A stretch of 64,000 nt of DNA from Heteronotia binoei (taxonomy: Eukaryota), in contig NC_083229.1 in assembly GCF_032191835.1 (NCBI RefSeq), forward strand, positions 87,296,001-87,360,000. The letters run 5' to 3'. A program made the position numbers and the translations under genes. The notes beneath the pieces were generated by a model. It was given only the letters and a program-made list of their open reading frames with translations. It had not been told where the DNA came from and did no database searches. Shown piece by piece: positions 50,352 through 61,900 of this stretch; the first letter of the stretch is position 1, and each line of letters begins with the position of its first letter.

Positions 50352-50537
50352 CTGCATATCAGAGGCTAGAGTCTCATATGTGTCTTTCAAACAGTGCCAG
50401 TTTTGTCTCCCCAAGGTAAGTGCCACACCTGGAAGGCTATAGGCACAGTGCTTTGCAATCTCTGTATCAACAGTCTGAGCACGAGAAGGATCTGTCATGG
50501 ATAAATACTGGTCCAGCAAGGCCTGAGGTACAATGTC
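50352..50537 (-). CDS. PPP4R1: PPP4R1 exon (DIVPQALLDQYLSMTDPSRAQ...ETLASDMQ)
   Basis: tAG acceptor at 50538, CAG|GTAAAG donor. 186 nt. Confidence 0.96.
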
Positions 50538-50732
50538 CTAAAAGGGAAAGAAGAGTTTTAAAAATTCAGCCTGACAGATCTGCTTCGCACAGATCTGAAT
50601 TGAAAGATAAACTATGCTAGCAATCAAATAAGTAAAACCTGCTAAAATACGAAGTCAAGTCCAGGAGTAAATGCTTGTCTTTGGCCTCATAGTACTGGTA
50701 GCCCTTACGGCAAAAGGGAAATGAAGAGCTGT

Positions 50733-53700
50733 TAGGGATGGGCATGAACTGTGTGATAAGCTGAAATTCATGCTGAATTCTGGCCAGATGAGGGCTTGGG
50801 AGGCGATGTTTGGCACACATGTGGTCTCCGAAGAAATCTCCAAGCCCTTAGGTACAGCTCAGGATTGTTCGGAAAACGAAACCCACCCAGAAACTCTGGC
50901 ACAAAAATACTAGACACTAGTCGGGATGCTGTTTTCCAACTGTGGAAGCACATATAAGGACCCTTCTAAGCTTGACAGGCACTGCAATGGAGTTCCCATT
51001 TGTTGCAATGTGACTCAGTTCTATAGGAGTGTAGGACAAACACGTTCTCTTTGTGGAATTGTGGTTTTTGATGGAGAGGGTATGCTCACAAAAGAGCTTT
51101 GCTGTTGGGCATGGTGGTGGGCATTGCTTAGCTAGCTTACTCAGTCAGGGGCCAGAGGGCCTTGCTTTGCCCTATGGTTCTGCTGTGTTGCAATTCAGTT
51201 TTTGTTTGCTGCAAAGGGTGGAAAAACTGGGATTGAATTCTTCTTTCACATGGCATTTTGGTTTTGCAGGACTTTCCAGCTGTCTACTTTCTTTGGTGGT
51301 TTCTCTTTTCTTTTCATTGTATTTCTCACATCCCCACTTTGGGTTGCAGGAAGAACTGGGGTCACTTTTTCGGTATTCAACTTAGTCCTCTGCCCCCCTC
51401 TGCACACAGGGCTTATTGTTTTGGGGTTATCTGTGTTTGTCTCTACTGACCACTGCCTTCCATTTGAAACCCCTTACTGACCTGCTTCTTCTTGGGGGTG
51501 ATCTGTGCTTGTCTGTCTGCTCCCCTGCTTTGCTCTCTGGGAACTAACCCACCTGTGCTGCAGTTGAATGCTTGCCTGGTCAGGAGTTCAGCACCATGAG
51601 AAGGAGTAGAAGGGGGTTACACTTTCCCCTGTGCCAAGTTGTTGTGGGTAACAAGCACAGCCTTCCCCCCACCAGTGGAGGACGCCTCCAGCACATCATC
51701 GGGAGTCTCAGTTCCCACTTCCCCTGCTCTGTCTACATCTGCAAGTCTCTAAATTGCCAGTTTTTGGTGTTGCCGCCTACACTACAGTATGCAACTGTTT
51801 GGAAGGGAGGACGGTGATGGCGATGACCTGGAGGGTGGTGGTGGTGATGCATCCTCCCCTTCCACATCCCAGAAATTAGGACGCAGGAGTAGCAAGGAGT
51901 TGGGAATGGGGATGATTAGGACCCTGCTGGAGAACTGCTGGAGCCTGGCTGGCCACTTCTCACACCGCATCAAGGCTGTGCATCTGCTGCGAGAGGGAGG
52001 GGGAGAAGCATGAACATTGGCTCGTCCAGGATGTGGCCATATGGTGGAACTCCACCTATGCCATGATTGCGCATTTGGTGAAGCAGAGGAGCACAATGCA
52101 GGATGTCCTTTCCTCCGTGACCATCCTGCATGGGGACAAGGAGCTCAACATCAGCTCTAATGACTGGCTGACCCTCTCCCAAATGAAACGTGTCCTAAAG
52201 GTCTTCCAGGGCACCATCAATATGCTCTGTGCCTACACAGCCAGCCTGGGGCAAGTCATTCTACTCATTCAAGGGCTAGAATGGGTGCTGGACTCTGCAG
52301 TGAAGCCAGGCCCTGATGGGACACCAGTTCTTCCATGGGTCAGGGCATTGGCACACAGGTTGCAGGCAAGCATCAACAACCAGTTGCATACTCTCAGCAA
52401 GGAGTGGGAGTACAACCTAGCCTGCATGTGCGACCCTACATCAAGGGCAGCATCACCCTTTGTAACACACAACTTGTTCAGTGAAAGGTGCATACGTTCC
52501 AGAGCCCTGAGGTGCATAGATTCCAAAGCCATGGACACAGCCAGAGGCAACTGCTGGTGGAAGAAGGTGAGGAGTGGGAGGAGGAGGGAAAGATGGAGGA
52601 GGATGCATGGCCTAATAAAAGATAGGCTAGCAAAAAATCCCATTCTTGTTGTCAAGTGTGAAGTGAAAGGTCAGGAGCAGTACCGGGGGAGGAGGGGTGC
52701 TAGGTGTGCAATGGCAGAGGATTCTGTTGAGGTGATGGTCAGGGAGTCTGCTAAACTGCCTCCTTGAGTACTGGATGAACAAGAATGTCATATGTCCAGA
52801 CCTTGCTAATGTGGCCATCGATCTCCTTTCCTTCCACCAGTGTGCAGAGTAAGCAGGTGTTCTCCCACCTGGGAGACATCCTCAGGTCCTGGCCAGGGTG
52901 GATGAGTTGGCCTTCCTGAAGGTCAGCCTCCCCCTGCTGAGCCACCCTGTTCGGGACCTGGCAGAGTAAGATCACAGCTTCCAGTCATACTCCTGCATGT
53001 CCCCCCATTCCTTTTCCTCTCTGGGTGATCCTGACATGAGGCCCATGGGTTGTGGCCCTGGCACTTGGTGGGAGGATGGCCCAGAGTCAACCCTAACAAC
53101 ATAAACCTCACCCAGAAGAACCCTAGTACGCCCTGAAGCAACATCCTCCTCATAGCACTAGCTCATAGTATTTGTCGGATGTGACTTGTCATTGTTGCAT
53201 CATTTTTCAGGCTAATTTAGGGGACTTCCAGTCATTCCAGGCACTGGGAGCAGCCTGTGTAAACTACCTAATGTAACCTGTGCCTGGCAGGCAGATCCAT
53301 CCTGAGAATGGGACATTGGCAGCTGGCTGCATCCTCAAGAAAGCAAGTGTTGTTGAGTGGTTCTCATTATTGGTGGGAGGGGCACATCATGGTGGAGCGG
53401 CCACAGTTGGGAATTCTATAGCTAAGTCCACCCAAGAAGAATTGTTGCAGCGCTATTCTCTTTCTCCCACAGCACTAGCAGGGTGATTCTGGGAGAGGTG
53501 GGCAAGCATGGCAGGCCAATGGAATCCTCCTAGTTCCCAGGGCGATTTGTCTTCTTTCCCATGGCAACTTGTCTTCCTTCCTTGGCAAGCTGTTACTCGG
53601 ATCCCCCAAATCAGGGCATATAGAGGGGCATTCTGAGGAGGTCCACCACAAGTTTGATGTGTCTAGCTCACACAGGGTCCATTCTATACACTCCAGAACC

Positions 53701-53941
53701 CACACCTGACATATCCCCTGAAAACACTTTCCTGAGAGCACCTTGTTTGGGGGTCAATCTTCACCAAACTTGGTGTGAAGGCAGAAGAGAGTCAGCTGGA
53801 GATGTCCTATGATTTTGGACCCTCTAGGTCCCCAGTGGAGCCATCCCACTGTATCCCAAACCAATTTGGTTCAGCAGAATGACTGGGTTCAGAAAACATC
53901 ATGAACCCAAATCAGATTTTTCTGGTTTGTGCCCATCCCTA
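50733..53941 (+). mobile_element. 3.2-kb hAT DNA transposon with decayed transposase
   Basis: TIRs TAGGGATGGGCA / TGCCCATCCCTA. Perfect 8-bp TSD AGAGCTGT at 50725-50732 / 53942-53949. Confidence 0.92.
51700..52935 (+). pseudogene. hAT (Ac/ZBED-like) transposase remnant
   Basis: HFPC, LAGHFSH, WWNSTY (RWNSTY-like), and C-terminal dimerisation motifs LEYW...CPDLANVAIDLLS / SVQSKQVFS / ELAFLKV spread over several frames. Confidence 0.85.
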
Positions 53942-54258
53942 AGAGCTGTACACAAAGCTTGACATGGAACAGCCATTCCTGGCTGTCATGACACATGAGC
54001 CAATGCTTGCCAAACTACATGCACAACTCACATTTGCAACTCAGGTGCTCATGAACCAACTACAGTTACCTAGGCTGAACAACAATTTTAAGTATCACAA
54101 TTAAGTATTCTAAAGAAGAGACAAAAGCTAAATGGACAATTTTAAGCAAAGCAGACTGTCAACTAAATTTTCGCCTTAGAGAAATTTAACAGATACTGTC
54201 GTCATATGTAAAAAGTTCTACAATCAACTGAAATGTACAGAAAAAGCTCTTTAAATAC

Positions 54259-54357
54259 CTGAATTTTAGATTTTTTTTCTTCTTCAAGACTGAAACTACT
54301 GTTAGTGCTCAAATCTGAATCATTGTGAATATAGCGAAGAGCAGATTCTACAATATT
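54259..54357 (-). CDS. PPP4R1: PPP4R1 exon (NIVESALRYIHNDSDLSTNSSFSLEEEKKSKIQ)
   Basis: Not in the ORF track; hand-translated. Corresponds to the human ...YIHSDSDLSNNSSFS...KVQ segment. cAG / CAG|GTATTT. 99 nt. Confidence 0.92.
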
Positions 54358-56618
54358 CTGTGGTGGAAAGCAAAACAATGTGGCTTATAACACTCAAGAC
54401 TTTACATCCAGAAATAGTAATTTAGTTCAATTAAATAATTTCCATCAAAGTTTCAGAAATGTTTGCAGTGTTTTCATAAAATACCACTGCTAGTACTTGA
54501 TATTTATAACCCAACTCTGCCCCCAAATAAGTTAACAACCAAATATTTGAAACACATGTGCAATCCAGAGATAGCAAGGTATGGTTAAATCTTGTTGAAA
54601 TCAAAAGTTTTAACTAGACGTGGACAGCCCCCTCATCGCTAACTTTCACTCAAACTGAGCTTTTGAGGTTGAATAGTCTAAAAGTTTATTTTATTCAAGT
54701 TCAAGCCTGGCATTGGTAAACCTAATAATGCTGGCAAGAGGACCATAGAATTCTTAATTCCCCTGCAAATTCTCCTTTTCCTCTTCATGTATCTGCTGTG
54801 CTAGGGAATGGGTGATGCACTGATAGCAGAGAAGGGGAAATCCTTGCAACTGTTCCTCTGTATCTTTTTCTTCTTCCACTTCCTCCCTCCATTCGTGCAT
54901 TTTAAGAATCATACCACCACCTAGGAAGATCCGTTACTGTCAAATTCTGCAAAAATAAATTCCCAGACTGCATGAGATGGGGGGAAAGTGGAGAAAAAGA
55001 AAAAATGGAAGGATAACACAGCAAATACTCTCTCCTCTTTGTACTGCTTCCTGTTGCCTCCCCATCAACAGGACAGATAAACTGGGGTAGAGGGGAACAG
55101 AATTATTCTCTGGCTCAGATTTATCATCCAAGCCAGAGGAATTCAGCTACCAAGGAGCTCATATATATCACCCTAAAGAGTCTTGAAGCTGCTGAAGCTC
55201 ATATGCCAAGCCAAGGGTATGAACTTCATCAACTTATTTTGTTTTAACACACACACTAAATAAATTCACAAAGTTCACATCATAAATGGCATTTCCTGCA
55301 AGGTCTCAATAGGGAAGCATACCTTATTTACTCAAAAAGAAGACAATCATGAATGTAACAAACTCTGCCTCCTTTAAAAATGTTATACACAAAAAGATTT
55401 TTATTAGTGGAGATAAATGTAAATTGTATGTGAACTTAAAATGACCCCCTCTTCTCTGATATTACTTTTATGGCATACCTAGGAAAAAGTCTAATCGTGC
55501 ATTTGAGGAAATACATTACAGAGACCATCATATTTGTTCATTATACATTAAGTTGCTACAAGCTACAATTTTGAAATACATCCATAAATCTTTTATACGC
55601 ATATTTACCTTTTCCTTTTCCAATTTCAAAAAATCATGTGCAAAACTGACCCTAGGCCTAATTGCTATGTATTGCACACTACATTCCTATTATATTTGTT
55701 TTACCTCTACCACAAGACTCAGAAACAATGTCTAAAGGTAGTTCAGTGTAGCATCTAAATGGCCAAAAAATTTTTTACTATCCTGTTTTGCTGAGAGGAA
55801 TACAAACTATAGTGGTTGTTTAAATGCAATGCTAGAACGGTGGTGTGCATCAGCCATTTATTGATTTGACATCTGTGTGCACAAATGATTTGTGCACAAG
55901 CACAAAACTCTTCCATGTTCATGTTGTGGCAAATCATTGCTTGATTTATGTCTGAATCATGCCTAAGGCAAAGTTCTTTTGAACTGTGACGTTTAGAGAT
56001 GCTGAAGACTGAACCTGGGACCTTCAGGATGCAAATCATTATCTTTAACAATGAGTAATAGAACCTCCCCCAACAGCTGTTTTTATCTGGTTAATTACAG
56101 GTGTGCTGTTCCACCCTGATAATACAGAGTTCAGGTCTTGAGCAGATTTCTCTTAAATATTTGCCTGCCAGGACACAAGGCTTTTACTGGAAAACAACTT
56201 GGTAAACACTTCATTTATTTTTACAAATGATAATACTTCAGTTTTAATGGGAGCTTACAGCTGCAAGATCTAGGGGGCAGGACCAAAATTTAACTTCAAG
56301 TACTACAACAAATGGCATCATTGCCCAATGTAAAAAGACAACTCAATTGCGAAATTTGTCTCAGCTGTCTCAGCCCTTGTATCAAAAAAATAAAAAATAA
56401 GTGTCTTCTGTTGCTCAAGATTTGTGAATCAATGAGTTTCTAAGATTATAAAATCAAAGGAAAAAGGAAAAGACAATTAGGCAGAACTGTACACTACTTC
56501 ACCCTACAGAAGGCACTGTTTCCTACAAAGAACAAAAATAAAAGCTATTTCTTCTTTAACAATAAAGGTTTTCCCATTAGTATTTTAAGTGATACATTAA
56601 AAGCAACCAAGTATTTAC

Positions 56619-56794
56619 CTCAACAGCATTGGTGAGTGAAGGCACAGTGTCATCCTGAATTAACTCGCAGTTCAGCTTGTCTTTGATCCCCAGTTCACTC
56701 TGACCATCCACCAATTTATCAATACTGGCAGTAGCTTCTTCTAGAGGGTCCAGACCTGAGGCTCGGAGGGCAGCAGAAAGTACTTCCACTTGTG
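56619..56794 (-). CDS. PPP4R1: PPP4R1 exon (AQVEVLSAALRAS...TNAVE); most 5' confidently identified exon in the window
   Basis: cAG acceptor with phase-1 start, GAG|GTAAAT donor. 176 nt. Confidence 0.95.
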
Positions 56795-58100
56795 CTGTGC
56801 AACAAATTAAGTACAGTATGTTAGATATTTGCTTCATAGCTACAACTACAAGTATTTCATTACAATCTATTTGTATTCTCCACAGCTGCTCTGCAATACA
56901 TAGGTACTTACTCTCTCTTTAGCAATCCCTGCAACTATTGTGTTTCCCAAATGATGTCCAGCTTCATTATCAGTCCAGGTAGCAAGAACTTAAATAGTTA
57001 AAAGCAGAATTATTCCACCACTTGCCCCAAAGCTGTTGAACAATTCCCCCCCCCGCCCCCCACGCAAAGTTGTTTTTACTTTAACGGCAGGGGTGAGGAT
57101 GGTAAAAGACATGCCCCTTCGTTTGGCTTACAAGGTATCATGAGTCATAGAAGTGAACTTTGACAATCAGGAGAACCTATTTTTCATATTGCTTTCTCAA
57201 TAGTTTATCTTCTTGTTTAAATAAGAAACAAATTGTGTCTGTAAGCCACTTTAAGATTATAGAAAAACAGACTATAAATATTTTATATTTATAAATGTAA
57301 AGCAATACATATTTTCAGAATGGTGCATGGTATAGTTCTGGCACAAAGAACTTCAGAGCATGTACGCAAATACTGCCAAATGGAAGTATTTTTATGTGTC
57401 CATAACAAGCACATATTTTACAAAAGGAAACCTTCTTTGCTACCCTCAACTCTACAACTCTTTCACCAGTAGCCAGTCCCCATTAAACTGCCTTTATTTT
57501 TCAGCATCCCCTTTTGCCCTTCAGGTTCCTTGGTTCTTTCTTTCCAAGATGTCTTGAGAACCACTGCTTCTTGTCACACACTTTGAAAGTGTACATGTCA
57601 ACCCCACAAGTAGATGTCTATCAGCAATCACATGACAGCTACTAAGTTCATAGGAGAGCACAACATTTAGCCAAAATCAAGGAAAATAAAGGCTCCAACT
57701 GAATGGAAACAGCTTGAGCCCTGCTGATGCTAGTAACAAGAACCAAAAGCACTACATTTAGTATTGATGCTGTCACTCCAAGTAAAAAAGTCAATATGCA
57801 GACAGAGTCAAGGATAAAATCTAATGAAAAACTTAAACAGGAATGATAGCCCAAAATAAACTGCAGGAAAGTGACTGAAAACTGTTAAACTTTTGATTTT
57901 GAAAGAGTTGGTTTATATACCCTGAGAAACTGAAAACAGAGAACCTTCCTCCTGTGTCTGCTTTTAAGTACAGAGCAGATGAACTCAGATATGCCCTAGA
58001 TCAAGGGACTACTATTGTTGCAATGGATGGAACACTTTTTAAAAAAACAACAACCTGATGTGATATTTATATCCTGCTTCTGTATTCCATAAATCCACAA

Positions 58101-58379
58101 GAAGAAGAAGATGATATTGGATTTATATCCCGCCCTCCACTCCGAAGAGTCTCAGAGCGGCTCACAATCTCCTTTACCTTCCTCCCCCACAACACACCCT
58201 GTGAGGTGGGTGGGGCTGGAGAGGGCTCTCACAGCAGCTGCCCTTTCAAGGACAACCTCTGCCAGAGCTATGGCTGACTCAAGGCCATGCTAGCAGGTGC
58301 AAGTGGAGGAGTGGGGAATCAAACCCGGTTCTTCCAGATAAGAGTCCGCACACTTAACCACTGCACCAAACTGGCTCTC
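58101..58379 (-). mobile_element. tRNA-derived SINE, second copy of the 7311-7593 family
   Basis: Nearly identical to 7311-7593, with the same A/B boxes and tail. Confidence 0.9.
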
Positions 58380-59481
58380 CAACTGAACAAGCAATTGTGA
58401 AAAAAATTAACACTCTCTTTAAAAGTAGATGTTCTTTGATGATGTGTGGTGACTATCCATTACCACAATCACAAGACTGATAGTCTGAGGTTAGCACTGT
58501 CTCTCAGCTTCACCTCAGTTCTACAGGAATAATAATAATGCTTACCCACCTCAGAGGAATATTAGGATTATAAAACACTGAGTATGAAACTCTTTTGAAC
58601 ACTCAGAATCTGCTATGCTTATATTAGTATTAATTGTACAGATCCATTATACGTGGTTTGAAAGTCAGTAAGCGTCTCTTTTCATTGAGTTTTGCTAGGG
58701 ATAGCTACAAGGAGTTCGTTCCTAATGTCTTAGTTCTTCTAGGCATATACTCAACACTGAACTTTTGTTTTATTTTTCAAAAGAAGATTCTACCCCAACC
58801 TCTTGAAAGACCTAAAAACCTAGGCTGAACATAACCAATGTAGTGACCCCTGTCTTAATTGGCAAGCAGCCAGAAACAATCATCGCCACAATATGAATTG
58901 CTCTTTTCATCTCTATTGGACTTAACATCTGCTAACACAGCTCACTGCATAACAGGCAAAGCCCTACAATGCATCCTGCCTGTTGGCTGTCACCAAAGCT
59001 TTTAGCTTGCGATGGGAATTTGCTTACCAATTAGAATAACATTAAGCTACACAATTGCATCAAACTAATTAAAAAGTTTAGGAATCTAAAGCAACAGAAT
59101 TTGCATAACACTGTCATAAAATATGGCATACCCTTGAAACACTTGTTGTAAAGCTTTAAAGAATGTTTAATTAATGAAAAATTCTGATACAGTAGCTTAA
59201 TCACAAGGAAAGACAGACAAACAAATGTGGTTTCCTTTTTATCCCATCTCTTTCATGTTTTCAAAACCCTGTCTCACAGAGAATGGAAATTATTTTATTT
59301 AACCATTAAAAAGACCCACAGCAAGGAATTAGGTCTATAGAGAACCTGGAAAAAGTTAGGAAGCTGAAATCATACCACATGCCAGAGAGGTTCAAACTAA
59401 CTCTGTGTTAAACATTCCCCAGTTGTGTTATTCTAAAATTGAAAGCATATTCAATGAACCTCAACAAGTTACACACCTCAC

Positions 59482-59610
59482 CAAATCGGTGCGCTGTTTC
59501 AGTATTCAACACCCTTTTGTTCTCCTGGCTACAGAAATTTGAGGCACCATTTTCCTTCTTCATTCCATACTTAATTTGTACATAACCACCTTTTAAACCA
59601 TTTAATCTGA
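59482..59610 (-). other. Candidate in-frame cassette exon of PPP4R1 (43 codons)
   Basis: ccAG acceptor, G|GTGAGG donor, 129 nt, stop-free, phase 1-1 matching the host intron. No homology or transcript support available. Confidence 0.3.
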
Positions 59611-60960
59611 CTGGTTAAGGCAACACAAGTGATGCATGTGGAGCAGTGGGGAATCAAATCCAGTCCTCCCAGATTAGAGCCTAGAATAGGAGATCAAAAC
59701 ACTCTGAAAAGCACCCTTTCCTTGTTGCACTCTCTGATAGAAGGAACTCACTGAGGCCAGGCTTGGTGACAATCACTGGGTGAATTGCTACCACACAACT
59801 TGCATGACTGAGCTAGGCCAAAAGCAGCCACCACACAACCCCATCTGGGTGACTCACTGCTACATAACTTGCACAACTTGGCTAGGCCTGGAGGCAACAA
59901 CCAACAACCACACAACTCACCCAATTGCAATTTGGTTGGACTTTTCCTGGGGACATATTGCCAAGGTGAGGGAAGGAGGGAAAGCTGAAGATTGGGGAAG
60001 CAGATAAAGGTAGGTTGGTGAGTTGGAAGGGGAAAGGCAATGGCAGATGCCAAGAGGAAAGAAGAAGTAGTGTGGAGAGGGGGATATAGTAGAAAATGAG
60101 ACCCTGTAGGTCCCCTGCTTGTCCCTGATTCATCACATGGTTCTTCACTGTCAACCATCATATGAATCCCCACAGGATTGAAGGGTTATGTGGGCAAATA
60201 AAACAGGACTGCGAGAAGGGGGAAAGGCACAGATTAGAACAGCAGCCAAGCAATGTGTTTTCAGTAAGTGCTAAAAGTAACTGGAAATGGAAGGACCTAT
60301 TAAACACTCAGATATCCAACATAAAGTTTGTAGTATCAGCTCAGCCAACTTCAAACTAAATGCACACAGTGTGTGCAAAGAAAACGATCAATTGGGCACA
60401 ATCTAGAATAGATTAATTGCAATTGCCTGTGACAGAAATGGAATATGATAGCCATACAATTAAAAGGACAGGTTTCTTACCTGTAACTGATGATCTTCCA
60501 GTGGTCATCTGTGCAGTCACACACATGGGTTATCCGTCTGGATCAAACCCGACCTCGGAGAATTCAAAGCAATCTTAAGCATTATTTTGGCACGCACTCC
60601 CTCTCGTTCTGGGGAGGAGGCATCCACCGCACATGCCTAGAACGGGAGAGAGGCGCTCCACCCACCCAGTTTCTTCTAGCCGCTGTATAGAGAAATCTAG
60701 TAAGTAGAAAAGTTAAAACAATCCAGCAGTGGGGAAGGCTGGGTGGGCGTGTATGACTGCACAGATGACCACTCAAAGATCATCAGTTACAGGTAAGAAA
60801 CCTGCCCATCTTCTTTGTGGTCTCTGTGCAGTCCCACACATGGGTGACTGGCAAGCTATTTTGCCCAGAGATGGGTGCTGGATCTGTAATAAGACGACAG
60901 AGGTTAAGTAGGCATATGAGAAAATAAGGAATGTACTTACAGAATAGAAGACTGGGGACG

Positions 60961-61900
60961 TCAGTCAAAAATGGAATGTAACACAGCCTGTCCGAAGGAC
61001 GTGTCACGCCAAGCACGGACGTCTAAGGTGTAGTGCGTGGCAAACGTAGATGGAAAGACCAAACCGCAGCAGCGCAGATGTCTTCCATTAGGACGCCCTT
61101 GCAGAAGGCTGATGACGTGGACACGGCTCGAGTGGAATGAGCTCATGAACGTTCTGGTACAGGTTGCTTAGCCAGTCTGTAGCATAAGGAAATGGCCGCA
61201 ACTACCCATTTAGAAAATCTATGGGTTGAGATTTTGCGACCCTGGTTGCAGGTTCCATAGGCTACGAAAAGTCTAGTGTCAGTGTGGAAAGAACGTGTCC
61301 GTTCAATGTAAAAGGCAGGAGCCCTACGCACATCCAAATTGTGAAGGGCCCGTTGACCTTCATCACTAGGATGTTGGAAAAATGAAGGCAGAGTAGAAGG
61401 TTTTCCCAAATGAAATGGTGAAATGACTTTAGGTACAAAGGATGGGTCAGAGCATAATATTACTCTATCATGATGGAAGATAGTGTATGGAGGATCTGCC
61501 CTGAAAGCACAAATGTCACTGACCCTTCTACCCAATGTAAGTGCCAACAGCAATGCCATTTTCCATAACAGAAGGTACAGAGGGATAGACGCCACAGGCT
61601 CTAAAGGTGGTTTTAAGAGCTGGCTCAGGACAAGAGATAAACTCCAAGTGGGCTGTAGCTGACAAATTGGAGGTTAAATGCGCAGGATTCCCTTCATAAA
61701 GGCTTTAGTTGCAGAGTGGGAGAAAACAGTGCATCCCTCAATGCGAGGATGAAAGGCTGAGATGGCTGCTAGATGCACTTTTAAAGAAGAATAAGTTAGT
61801 CCCGCCTTAGAAAGAGACATTTCAGAGAGTACGATTTCCTAGTGGAGGGTTTTCTGGCATTAAGCATGACATGGTGAATCTCCTGAGGAAAGTTCAAAAA
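60961..61900 (-). pseudogene. DIRS tyrosine recombinase (disrupted)
   Basis: ALTLGRRVSD (catalytic R), LDVRRA, AHSTRA (HxxR) directly after an in-frame TGA at 61143, a 1-nt frameshift near 61048, then TFATHY (catalytic Y), ending TGA at 60961-60963. Confidence 0.88.

Noticed and set aside
54940-55131. Possible extra PPP4R1 exon (MDDKSEPENN...)
   Set aside because: The flanking exons (56619 and 54357) already join in frame to give the expected sequence, and I found no convincing splice pair.
57360-57557. QLYNSF resembling the PPP4R1 ELYNSFHFW exon
   Set aside because: It is on the plus strand, opposite to PPP4R1, and similarity does not extend.
59748-60173. 141-aa minus-strand ORF with short internal repeats
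   Set aside because: No domain motifs or splice support. Probably a decayed repeat that I could not assign.
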